A model generated the notes under the pieces. That model did no database searches and was not told where the DNA came from. It saw only the letters and a list, made by a program, of their open reading frames with translations. A program made the translations under genes and the position numbers. From Takakia lepidozioides (Eukaryota > Plantae > Bryophyta): DNA of 64,000 nucleotides. The DNA lies in assembly GCA_030704615.1 (NCBI GenBank), contig CM060732.1, forward strand, positions 51,832,001 to 51,896,000. Reading direction: 5' to 3'. Shown in pieces: positions 48,946 through 61,600 of the stretch (position 1 is its first letter; every line of letters starts with the position of its first letter).

Positions 48946-51310
48946 TCATTCTACCTCAAAGAGGTTTGTCTCTGCAATCAAGTCCTCAATCTCATCTAAG
49001 AGGACTTCTTCCCTATCCAAAAACTCTTTCATAGAAGTACTAAAGCAACCAACTCTAGCATCATTTGGCCAATTCTTGACTACACTCACAAGCATATCAA
49101 GGTTTTCAATATTTAACCTGCACCGTCTCAAGCTTGTTATGACACCTGCAATACTAAAAACCCTCTCAGCTTCAATCTGAGATCCAACTATGCCCAAGAT
49201 TAGCCATGCCAAAAATCCCACATACGGAAAAAGAGACTCATGTTCTTTCCACCATTTCAAATGAGCCACGCACTCACCCTCAATTATCTTCGTCCTTCTG
49301 AAATGTGATAGTTGTTCTCTCACTACTGTCAATGTCATGTCTTCATTGTGGTCATGCACACCAAATAAGGACATTTCGTCCATTGTGGAGTGGGCTGTGA
49401 TTGGGCCGGAGTATCCGGATGTAAGACCTTGAAACACTTTACCAAAAGAGGCTCTAACACCATGCTATCATATTGGGATAATATGCAAAGCACGCTCTTT
49501 GCCCACATATTGTGATACCAATGACAACCCCTTGTAACGTGGGTCAAGCATAAGCGCGAGCATATTGTGAGCTTTGCGCAATTGAAACATTTTTTTTTAA
49601 AAAAAAAAAATGGTTCCAAGACATATACCACCTCTCGAGCCATCTGCCATTCCAACAATGTCAACTCTGTTGAGAAATCCCTCATGCAATGATCCACAGT
49701 TGCAGCCCTGGGAGCACTACTTACTCGCATGCGAATTGTTGTGCAATGGTTGCATTAAGAGCATCGGACAACAGCCAAAATCCCCCAGATTGATTCATAA
49801 TGCACTCATGAACCACAGGCCCTAGAACTGTAGAAATTGATTGGGCAATGGCCCACACTTGTGGACTTGGTATGCGAGACTACAGTGCCAATGAGGTTTG
49901 CCTAGAGTAACAAGTGATTACGGCTTGCCTAAACTCCAAAGTCTCTTGGAAGAGGATCACCTTGGAAGCAAACCGTGTCTTCACCGGAGTCTTCAATTTG
50001 CCGGGATGAATGCCGCTGTCCACACATGCCTTTGCTCATTCTTGTCTCCATTTGCCACTTTTTTTTTGTCCAAGTAATGGTTTTTTGCAACTCTGATTGG
50101 ACATTTTTTTATAGAAACCGATCTCATATCTGCGCATACGTTTGCATCATTTGTTGCATACTGGCAACACTTGGACATTGCATGCCCAAAACAGCTACCC
50201 ACAAATGGAGAATCCAACCCCAAACACGCACATGAGACCACCGAATTCAAAGCATTGGTCAAAGTGGCCAAGTTACCTCCCTCATCTTTGACGTAAGCAA
50301 TAATGCGAGTATTGAGGCCATACTTCACAAGAATATTGTTGACTTGATGTGCCATGGCAGCCCCAGATGTGTCAGGTGTCTCAAACATACCAAGAGTCAC
50401 ATAACATTGCTCCCACTGTTCATTAATAAAGTGCGCTATGATGACAAAGGTGTCAGTTCCCCCTCTTGACATCCACAAATCAAAACTCACAGAGCAAGTA
50501 GCACAATTCTGAAGAGATGGGGACATGTAGCGCTCTTTCGTCTTCTGTGCCAAGATTGGAATGGCCTCATTCACAAATGTCCGTCGAGAAGGGAAAACAA
50601 TCCGAGGATTTTGCCTCAACACCATCCATCTTAGCCAAAGGGATTCTACCAAAGACAGTGGAACCAACTCCTTTGCAATGAACAAGACTAAATCCTCATT
50701 GAACTGCTTCTGTTGATCATCATTTTGGTTGTATGGAGTGGAGCTCCCAAAAAAAAAAACTATGTTTCCAGGAGTGGGGCCGGGCCTCTTTTTTGCTGGC
50801 CTACAGGCCTTCTCAGGTCTTTCATTTTCCCTCTCAATCCACCTACGCAAAACAATGTCATGTTCTTGATCCACATGCTTTCGAAGGGAGAGATACCATT
50901 GGTTTTGTTATAGGTCACAATGCCCTTCTTGCTTGCAGGAGTGACACCAACAGGATGACATAGAACACACCTCATTTGTTGTGGATTTGTCCATTGAGCA
51001 GAGTCTTTTGTTGCATAGAATGCCCATGTCGAAGCAGTGCGATTGTGGGGCTTCCAAAAATCCCGTTGTTTTTCAATTACTGGAAGCTGCGCCTCCACAT
51101 CCAACACCGTGTGTGATGGCGAAACTGTGGAAGATGACATTGCAGCCGAGGCTTGAAGAGCTGATGTAAATGAGGCTGCATGATGAGCATCCTCCGCAAC
51201 ATGGCACTCCACCAAAGCTCTCTCATTATCAACATTGATGTCAGGAACAACTTCCCTTTCTAGTTTATCGAAAATATTGGGCTCCATGACATAAAAAGCT
51301 TGTGGAACAA
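48946..51310 (-). pseudogene. hAT (Ac-like) transposase pseudogene
   Basis: BED-like W..Y..QMRCVLC; SFDLWMSRG; YVKDEGGNL; CFGH; hATC dimerisation region LKWWKEH..FP..LA..ILGIVGSQIEAERVFS. Frameshifts. CCGGTTC subterminal repeats at about 48330-48430. Confidence 0.88.
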
Positions 51311-51699
51311 CTCCTGTGTAAAAACAATGCAAACAAAGAATCCAAAAAGCATTTAATAATTGTGCACAACACATATATTTACAAAAGTTTGGAATGGTAT
51401 ATGGCTGGCCAAAACGAAAGTGTGGGGAGAGACACCGCACTGCTCATTTATTATTTCATATTGAGCTGAATGTTATATACACGACCTACATTTAGATCTA
51501 CGTTATTTTCTTTATCTAGTACATGTACATTTACATTTTCAAATTACAAAAACTACCTGGCAAGTTGGGGGTGGACCAGTCTTATGCTTCAGTGGTCAGC
51601 TTGGCTACTTCATGCCTTGGGAAATGATCTGCAATGCCCCCACCACATATAAATAAATCAGTCCTTGTTGTACCACAACATGAAGAGTTATACTAAAAA

Positions 51700-52580
51700 T
51701 TATGAAGCTTTAAAGTGGGGTGATTGTCCACAAGAGGTAGGGGCTGGCTGTCAAGCCTTCTTGATATTTGTGCTCCCCTTTCCGAGTTCAAACTTTCACT
51801 ATGAGAGGAGGAGCAAATCATCCCTTTGTTGTACCACACATTGGAAAAAATAAAATAAAAAACTAAGCTATTAAAGGGTGGGGGCTTACCATAGGATGAG
51901 GGGGCTGGTTAGCAGGCTCTAAACTCGCACTCCTCCTTCTTGTGTGTGATCTACATAGCAACAGAGTAGGGGGCTGAGCAGCCCCTTGCTATGCCAATTT
52001 TCTGGGAAAAAAAAAAAATGCAACATTGAATTAGGGGCATGCTTATATGTGTGGTGGAACGGGGGCTGGTTGGCAGGCCTCCCTACTTGCCCTCTTTCCC
52101 TCCCATGCACGATCTACAATAGCAAAAGAGCAAGGGGCTAATCCTCTTATATCACAAACTTAAAATAATTAACAAAAAAAAGAACAATGAAGGGGAAGTA
52201 TACGTGGGTAATGGGGGCTGGTTGGCGGGTCAAGAGGCCTCCTATTTTTGCTCCCTTCCCGAGTGCAACATATCACTATGAGGAAGGGCGAATCAGCCTT
52301 TTGTTGTACCACACATTGGAAAGAATGACATTAAAAAACTAAGCTAAAGGGTGGGGGCTTACTGCAAGATGAGAGGGGCTGGGTAACGTGCTTTTTTACT
52401 TACATTGGACCTCCTTCTTGTGTGTGATTTGCATTAGCAACGGCTAATCAGCCCTTGCTATACCAATTTTATGGAAAAAAAAATGAAGGGGGATGCTTAC
52501 ATGTGCGGTGCAAGAGGGGCTGGTTGGCCAGCCTTCCTACTTGCCCTCCTTTCCCTCCCATGCACGATCAGCCGTAGCAC
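51700..52580. repeat. Degenerate ~155-160-bp satellite, about 6 monomers
   Basis: GGGGCTGG(TTGGC) anchors near 51740, 51901, 52062, 52214, 52376 and 52516. Confidence 0.7.
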
Positions 52581-52629
52581 AAGACACCCATGCTTGGTAA
52601 ATCCTGCCAACATTATATTCCACATGATC

Positions 52630-55410
52630 AAGATCGTTGAGGCATTCTATTGAATGCTTCCGCATCTTTTGCTCATAGGTCCCCAAAGCCTCCATCCCAC
52701 ACCCATGCTGAGCATATCCTGTGATCATCGCATTCCACGACACCACATCCCGATCAGCCATGTTGTCAAATACTCTCTTTGCAACCTTCATGCTCCCGCA
52801 TTTCGCAGACATGTCAACAAGGCTATTGTTCAAAATCAGATTTGGTACAACTCCAGCTTTCATATGTTAGCATGGACCTCTTTGCCGTTTTCCAGGGCTG
52901 CCAGTCTCGCACAAGCCTTGAGAATGCAAACAAATGTGACCTGATCGGGCATCACCCCTTGCTGTATCAGTTGATCATATGTCTCGAAGGCATTCCTACC
53001 ACAACCATGCTTGGTATATCCTGCCACCATATTGTTGAACACTAGACATGCCTCCCTTACACTCCCATATTTGGCATACATGTTAACAAGGGCAGTTTCC
53101 CAATTACTGTATGACGAAATTCCAGCTTTGATAATGTCAGCATGGATATCTTTGCCCTTCTCCAGGGCCACCATGCTGGCACCAACATTGAGAACACAAA
53201 TGAATGTGGCTTGCACACGCATTACAAATGCACACAAACGTGATGTGGTCGGGCTTCCCCCCTTCCCCCATCATGGACCTCTTTGCCCTTTTCCAGGGCT
53301 GCCAGGCTTGCACAAGCATTGCAAACGCTCACAAACGTGATGTGGTTGCATTTCACCCCTTCCCCCATCATTTGCTCATAGGTATGATCCAAGGCCTCCA
53401 TCCCGCGCCCCTGCTGTGCATACCCTGCAAGCATCACGTTCCACGACAACAAATCTCGTTCAGCCATATTGTTGAACACTCCCTCCACATCGTCAATGCT
53501 CCCACATTTGGCATACATGTCCACCAGGGTATTGTTCAGAATCACATCTGTACAATTCCAGCTTTGGCGATGCAACCATGCACCTCTTTGCCCTTTTCCA
53601 GGGCTGCAGGCTTGCACACGCACTGCAAACGCACACAAACGTGATGTGGTCGCGCTTCACCCCTTCCCCCATCATTTGCTCATAGGTCTCCAAGTCCTCC
53701 ATCCCACGCCCTGCTGTGCATATCCTGCAAGCATCACGTTCCACGACAACAAATCTCGTTCAGCCATATTGTTGAACACTCCCTCTATATCCTCAATGCT
53801 CCCACATTTGGAATACGTGTCCACCAGGGCAGTATTTAGGATCACACCTGGTACAGTTCCAGCTTTGGCGATGCAACCATGCACCTCTTTGCTCTTTTCC
53901 AGGGCTGCCAGGCTTGCACACGCATTGCAAACGCACACAAACGTGATGTGGTCGGGCTTCACCCCTTCCCCCAACATTTGCTCATAGGTCTCCAAGGCCT
54001 CCATCCCACGCCCCTACTGTGCATACCCCTGCAAGCATGGCGTTCCACGACACCACATCTCGTTCAGCCATGGTGTTGAAATTAACTCCCTTCACATCCT
54101 CGATGCTCCCACATTTCGCATACATGTCCACCAGGGGATTGTTCAGGATGACATCTGGTACAATTCCAGCTTTGACGATGTCACCATGGACCTCTTTCCC
54201 CTTTTCCAGGGCTCCCAGGCTTGCACACGCATTGCAAACTCACACAAATGTGATGTGGTTGGGTTTCATCCCTTCGCACATCATTTGCTCATAGGTCTCC
54301 AAAGCCTCCATCCCGCACCCTTGCTGTGCATATCTTGCAATCATCACACTCCACGACACCACATCACGTTCAGCAATACTGTCAAACACTCCATTTGCAT
54401 CCTGGATGCACCCACATTTGACATACATGTCGCAATGTTCAGAATGACATCGGGTACAATTCCAGATTTGATAATGTCACCATGGACCTCTGTGCACTTT
54501 TCCAGGGCTGCCAGGCTTGCACACGCATTGCAAATGCAAACAAACGTTATGTGGTTGGGCTTCACCCCCTTCGCACATCATTTGCTCATAGGTCTCCAAA
54601 GCCTCCATCCCGCGCCCTTGCTGTGCATATCCTGCAATCATCGCACTCCATGACACCACATCTCGTTCAGCCATACTCTCGAACACTCCCTTCATACATG
54701 TCCATGAGGGTATTGTTCAGAATGACATTTGGTACAACTGCAGCTCTGACCATGTCGCCATGGACCTCTTTGCCCTTTTCCAGAGCTGCCAGACTTGCGC
54801 ATGCATTGCAAACGCACACAAACGTGATGTGGTTGGGCTTCACCCCTTCCCCCATCATTTGCTCATAGGTCTCCAAAGCCTCCACCCCACGTCCCTGCTG
54901 TGCATACCCTGCAAGCATCGCGCTCCACGACACCACATGTTGTTCAGCCTGCATATTGTTGAACTTTCAAAACTGCCTTTGCATCCTTAATGCACCCACA
55001 TTTGGCATACATGTCCACCAGGGCAGTGTTCAGAATGACATCTGGTAGAATTCCAGCTTTGACGATGTCATCATGGACATCTTTGCCCTTTTCCAGGGCT
55101 CCCAGGCTTGCACACGCATTGCAAACGCAAACGAACGTGATGTGGTTGGGCTTCACCCCTTCCCCCATCATTTGCTCATAGGTCTCCAAAGCCTCCCTGC
55201 TGTGCGTACCCTGCAAGCATCGCTCCATGACCACATCTTGTTCAGCCTGCATATTGTTGAAAACTGCCTTTGCATCCTTAATACACCCACATTTGGCATA
55301 CATGTCCACCAGGGCAGTGTTCAGAATGACATCTGGTACAATTCCAGCTTTGACGATCTCATCATGGACCTCTTTCCCCTTTTCCAGGGCTCCCAGGTTT
55401 GCACACGCAA
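52630..55410 (-). pseudogene. Tandem array of about 9 P-L-S PPR triplets (~300-nt period), frameshifted
   Basis: Repeated VVSW.AM.AGYAQQGRGMEALETYEQMMGEGVKP / HITFVCVCNACASLAALEKGKEVH / VILN..LVDMYAKCG.I.D...VF..MAERD. Confidence 0.9.
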
Positions 55411-55639
55411 GGCTGCCCCTTCACTCATCCATGTCACAAACCGGAAATGAGTTAAGGGTTTTATGCCTAACTGTTGTTCGGACATTCTGCACTCTTCCAA
55501 TATGGCCTTGGACACGTCAGCTTCCAACTTCCAAGTCAACTTCATCTTAGCAGGGTCAGTTCCTCTTGCCTAATATTCAGGTACTTGAAATCTCCTCTTC
55601 CCGTTCTGCCAGGACTTCACTTGTTGGACTGGATGTTGG

Positions 55640-56660
55640 CAAATCCACTACCTTCGTCTCCAGACACAAAACCAATGGTCAGCTTCTCACTATGGTGGCA
55701 AATAGAAAATTCCTTTTCCTCCTCCCCCACATCATGCAATAAAAAGCGCATGTCAGGCACATACCCCGCCTCCTTTCATCTGCCCAGACTCAGCTCGGCA
55801 TCGATTTCCTTAATTCTGGGATGTCATCTACAGCGAAGGTGTGCACCCTGTTGCCAACCTCAATGCAGCAGCGACCTGGCTCCTTTCTAACCCCTCTAAC
55901 CTTCATCATTCTTCTCACCTTTGCAGTATTATCCCACCTACCAGCTGCAACATAGATGTTTGATAGCAACACATAAGTCGCGGCATCCTAGTGTTCATCC
56001 CATTTGAGGATAGATGTTGCCGCACGTTCAGCCATCTCCACATTGCCATGAATTCTGCAGGCATGAAGCAAGGCCTTCCACACCACAACGTCTGGATTGA
56101 TTGGCATCTTAGTAATCAGATCCACTACCTCATCCAGTTGTCCCGCACATCCAAGAAGGTCCACCATACAGCCAAAGTGCTTTACTGTCGGAGTGACACC
56201 ATGATCTTGATTTCCTTCATTCAGTAGGCCAGAGTGGCTGCATGCAGAGCAAACACATATAAAGGTGATACTGTCCGGCTTCAAGCCATTCTTTTACATC
56301 CCCTCAAATAGTTGCAGGACCTCCCTATGACACCATGCTGGGCATATCCTGCGAACATCGATTTCCACGACACCACATTTTGTTCAGCCATATTGTCGAA
56401 CGCTCCCTTCGCATCCTCAATGCACCCACATTTGGCATACATGTCCACTAGGGCAGTGTACAATTCCATCTTTGACGATGTCACCAAGGACCTCTTTTCC
56501 CTTTTCTAGGGCTGCCAGGCTTGCACATGCATTGCAAACGGAAACAAACGTGATGTGGTCGGGCTTCACCCCTTCCCCCATCATTTGCTCATAGGTCTCC
56601 AAAGCCTCCATCCCGCGCCCTTGCTATGCATACCCTGCAATCATCGCACTCCACAACACC
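55640..56660 (-). pseudogene. PLS-E-DYW(PG-type) RNA-editing factor pseudogene with a truncated DYW domain
   Basis: CSACSHSGLL, MVDLLG.AGQL, WKALLHACRIHGN, YVLLSNIY.AAGRW, KEPGRCCIEV, AGYVPD, HHSEKL. Similarity then stops, with no CxxC or DYW terminus. Confidence 0.88.
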
Positions 56661-58607
56661 AAATCTCGTAGAGTGTCTACTGCAGCCCCATGTTCTGAGA
56701 GACATTCTCTGCTGCGTGAAATCACACAGCGGGATGGATCAACAAATAGGACAATTGCTTGTGCCTCACAAACAACATGCATTGAAATTCCAGTGTCAAC
56801 CTGATATAGATGGACCTACAGAGACAATTTGTTGTTTGCTTCATTTGTTGCTGCAAAAAGCAGTCAAGATGACAAGAGATTTTGGTACAACCAGAAAACA
56901 ATCTCAACAAGTCAATTGTGGTCATAAGATATCTTTTTCCAGTCTCTGCCATATTTCCGAAATGCTTGATAGAAGAGCTCCAGGTCCTCTTTGCTCCAGG
57001 GAGGTCCAAGCATGTCCGACAATTTGCGCTTCTGATCACCAGCCCGCCCACTCACCTCAGTCCCATAACTAGCATTCAAGCATCATCCAAAATTGCTACA
57101 AATGACTGCAATTTTCACATCTGAGACAAAGTCCAACCCCTGTAACTCTTTGTCTCTGGAATCAAATCTGTTCACAGATGTATACCAAAAGGTCATCTTT
57201 TCTTCTTGGAGGAATGGTTCCGGAATCAAACCATACAAGCTTCAGAACAACAAGGTAAATTAGACAACCTGTCTAAACGGGTTTTTTACTGAATAAAGGC
57301 CCTTCACTTTAACCACTTCCCTAACTACAGAATGAGGGACTAAAGGGTCCTTCAGATCCCGATCAACTAGTAAATCTCAGGGACACTAACACACAGATGG
57401 ATTCCTATAACACATATGGTTATATCCAAATTGCATCATTATCACCACGTTTGATAAAACAATGGTCACAAAAATAATGGCCAAGAAGGCTGAAACATGG
57501 AAAAAGAGCAACCTTCAGCTTTGAATGTCAGTCTCACAGTTTGCATTTATTGTTTGTAGTGAACACTGGTTATAGGGAGGTTATGACAGACAGACAACAA
57601 TTACAATCTAGTCAATGTAAGATTAGGTTTGAAATAGCTTCAAGCAGATGTGGGACTTTTGCAACCAAACACAACCTGACATACCCTTCGTGCTCATGGA
57701 AAATCAATCATGGAGACTCATTGTGCGGGTCTGAAACAAGGAAGTAAGGTGTAATCTAAGCTGCACTTTTCTTCTTTCCGTGCCGGCAGAGCAAACGGAT
57801 TGTCCGCCCCTTTCTTTGGGGCAGGGGACTTCTTCTCTTTCCCCATAAGCTGGCACCTGTCATGCAAACCCACAAGTTGGCCTCATTAGGAAACAACCTC
57901 TACATTCCAGACCAAAAACAAAAAAAACCAAGCATGTCGGGGGCTGAGAGCAGCAAGTGCTCGGGGTCTCGAGAGGGGGCAACAAAGAGAAAAGAAAAAG
58001 GTGGTGGGGGGGGGGAGAGTGACTGAGCACCACGGGCTCAGTCACCCCCCCCCCCAAATTTTCTTTATTTTTGGTTTCCTGATCTCTCCCTCTCTCTCCC
58101 TCTCTACTGGGAATTGGCAGTTTGCTATCAGTGTGGATTTTTTGTTCCTCTATCAGGCTTTTTCATCCATACCGGATGAGCCACCAGGATGGACACTGAA
58201 TTACCTCTAGGATGGTTCTTTTGGCCTTTTCATTCCTCCTCTATTGACTCTCATCCATACCGGATGAGTCACCATGGAAGAAAAGAATTACCTCTATGGA
58301 GGTTGCCAACAACATCCTGTTTTTCCATCCGTGCCGGATGAAAAACTACCAGGGTGATAATTTTTCATTCCTCTTTTATTGACTTTTGTTATCCATACCG
58401 GATGGTCTGGAAAGGAATGATAGAATTACCTAGATGGAGGTAAGGCGCTGCCACGGATGATATTCCCTACTTTTTCATCCTGACACAAGTGAGTTGTCTA
58501 TGGGTGACATGATTATGACCTGGAATTGATCTTTACTACCCCTAATTATGATTAATTATGGTGGAAACCCTAACCCCTACCCCAAAACCTATTAACAATC
58601 CAATGTC

Positions 58608-61600
58608 GTCTCTCCCGCTGTCAGAAGCACGCGATGTGCTTCTGAGCTCGCGAGGAGAATGTTATGGCGGGTGTGCTTTGGTGGCTGCCCCGTTTGTGGT
58701 GTCGTACCCATGCTGGACGAGCGCCTGGGGGGGCGCGAAGGCGGCGCCTTGTCTCTCTTGCAGCGGGAAACACCGCTATGAAAACAGTGGCATCTTCCCT
58801 CCTCTGGCTTTTTCTGTACTTAGCAAGGATGCTTATGATGGGAAGTTCTCTCCCTCTTTTCTAGTGCCTTGCATTTGTGCCTGCTTTGCTTCATTGCTTA
58901 TATGCTTTGTGGAGGCGGCTTGCTGTGGGTGGCGATGGCGCATAACCCTCTTCCCCAATCGCTTAAGGTGCCTTTGGAGTTTAGGGATTCTCATGTTCTT
59001 ATCTCTTTCTCTTGCTCTTGAGTTTCTTAGTTGACGTCGATGACAAGTGTGAGGGTCTGTGATTCACCTGGGGTTCCACAATCCTCACTAACCTGTTGGT
59101 TTTTGTGGGGGCTTGTGATGGGACTAGGTGAGGACCCTCACCTACTTTGAAGTTTCTTGAGCATGCAGATTGGGATATGGGCTGAGGAGACCTATGGGTT
59201 TGTGCGCTGTGAGGTGGCTGCTGCCTGTAGCCCCGATTTCAACCCGACTGCCCCTGGCTTGACATGCTACAACCTGCGTTCTGGCCTTTGTCGTTCTGCC
59301 GCCGATGCGCAGCTCGGCCTGACTGGCTTGTTTCCTGAGGCTTGCAGACAAACCATACCCTACCTTTTGATCTTTGACAACAAAGCCCGTGGATTATTAA
59401 GCTAGATTGTAAGTTCTTTTGGCCAAAGAGGATCTGGTTTTTGGTGGTATATTTTTGGCGGTTTTGGGTGACTATGGACCTGGGGGCCTTGAAGTTTATG
59501 GCGGCAGCCTGGTAGGGTACTGCCCTGCTCCTTTTCAGGCCCGCTTCTAATGTGTATTGGATCATAGTAAGGTGTTCTTTGCATGTCTTAGCATGGAACT
59601 CTTGAAGGATGAGGATGGTAAGCTGCAATGGGATCCTACCTATAGTTTTGGCTCTGTCATGACATCAGGCCTATGACCTGCAATGTGGTGTTTTATATAC
59701 AAAAGAGGCTGGATCTCGACTGTTCATGCTGCTTGTTTGTACAAGTCTTGAACCTGCAATTTGACAAGCTACATTCACATTCCCTTGATACCTTGTATGA
59801 TCACATGTCTCGGGGTGAATACAAATGATATGGAATCTATTTCATCTTGCTCAAGTTGGACTGCTTGGTGGCATACTGAGATTCTGGCAAACTGCAGGCT
59901 GGTCCTTATGCCTTGGCTGATGCATGACCTGCCATAATTATTGGCTGAAATGGTAGGTTGCTAGTATGTGTACAGGCTGAACCAAGAGGCCTTGCAGCCT
60001 GCACAGGGACACCAATATCTTATCTTGTCCCACACATGAACACATGATTCATTGGCCAAGATGGCCGGATCTCGGGTGTTCAAGATGCTTGCAACCCCTA
60101 CATGAACAAACCCCGCCCTCCCACCCTGTTTTATCATGACTGATTGGGTGATGTCAATTCATGGGAAGCTATGACAAGAATGGAAATGTTAGATGGTGCC
60201 CTGTTTTGGGTTGTTTATGTCTTTAATTGACAATGACCCTAGTGGGTCTTGTCCATGTCTTGACATGACATGAATATCTTCCCTCACTTTTTTGCTGCTC
60301 ACAAAAATAAACAAACCACAAGGGAGAGAGGGTGCAGAAAAAGTTAAAAAGATTGTACTCATAAGACGTTGTTTGTCGTAGCCTTGTGGCCATTGACCCC
60401 GCGCCTAGTTTGAGCGGAAACAAAAGGGACAGAACCTGCCTCTGTCAGGGGCTGACGTTGGTAGTAAGACTTACCTTCATATATAGAATTAATCTGGGTT
60501 TTCCAGATATCCTCTAGAAATCCCTTCACACAAGCATCAATCTGCTGTGTGTGATTTGCCCAATAACTAGGCCTCATGAGGGCCTGGGCTTTTGGCTCAG
60601 CCTTGAGACTTTCAAAGTTGGTAAACAGAGGTACTGGCACAATTCCCTTGATAGATTTGAAGAGAACGTCTCTTTGGTGAGAGAACCCCGGACAGTGTAT
60701 CAAAAAATGAGTACTGTCTTCAGATTGCCCACACAACGGGCAATTGCACTCTCCCTTTCTTCTCTGCTTCTATTTGTTGTTCAAAGGTAGGCTTCCTACC
60801 CTGGGTTTAAATTTCAGTCAAGTGTCAAGAGTGGGTAGACCCTTGAGGTCATCCAAGATGTCCTCCCCCATGTCACTGACTGGAAACAAGTTCAAGGAAG
60901 TTTTTTGCCTAACTTCATTTTCATCAGACAATCTCATGGCAACAGACATGGCTTTGGACACTACAGCCTCTAAGTCAGATTTATCAACCCATGTTGCAGA
61001 ACCGTACTCCAAGGCAGGTCTAATAATGCGACAAAGCATGGTTTTCTTAACCTCAGAGTTGACCCCTCTGAAGAAAAAGTTAAAAAGAGAGAGGGAAGAT
61101 ATTCATGTCATGTCAAGACATGGACAAGACCCTACTAGGGTCAATGTCAATTAAAGACATAAACAGCCCATGACAGGGCACCATCTAACACTTCCAGTCT
61201 TGTCATAGCACACCAAGTGACGACACCCGTTCAGTCATATAAACAGGGTGGGAGGGCGGGGTATATTCATAATCAGATTCCTGTCATGTACCCAAGTGAC
61301 CCTCTTGCACAATATAAGTCAGATTGCAGCCTCAGATTATATCATCCATAGTTATCCATAAGATATGCATCATGCAAGATATCTGGGCATATAAGAACTT
61401 CTTGCCACATTACAAATCCAAGATATGTATACACAGGTACCTTGAAGTGATCCAAGACAAGCATTATGCAAGGTAGGTAAGAACAGCTTGCCCTACAACA
61501 CATTCAGGGAATGTACACACAGGCAATTGGAAGGACCAGCCTGCAATTAATTACACTTCGGGCATGCCACCAAGTAAACTTCTTGGGCATGGCAAACCAT

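Noticed and set aside
55640-55900. U-to-C editing (DYW:KP) factor
   Set aside because: The sequence has a PG box and HSEKL typical of C-to-U DYW domains, and it is truncated.
56660-57860. Possible gene fragment upstream of the DYW pseudogene
   Set aside because: Multiple stops in the frames read and no identifiable motif.
58160-58480. CRISPR-like array of palindromic repeats
   Set aside because: Eukaryotic context, short degenerate repeats, spacers similar to one another, and no cas genes.
58558-59034. 158-aa ORF in the foldback arm (and mirror ORFs at 62601-62955)
   Set aside because: The reading frame is not conserved between the two arms, and the low-complexity Cys/Leu-rich translation has no known domain.
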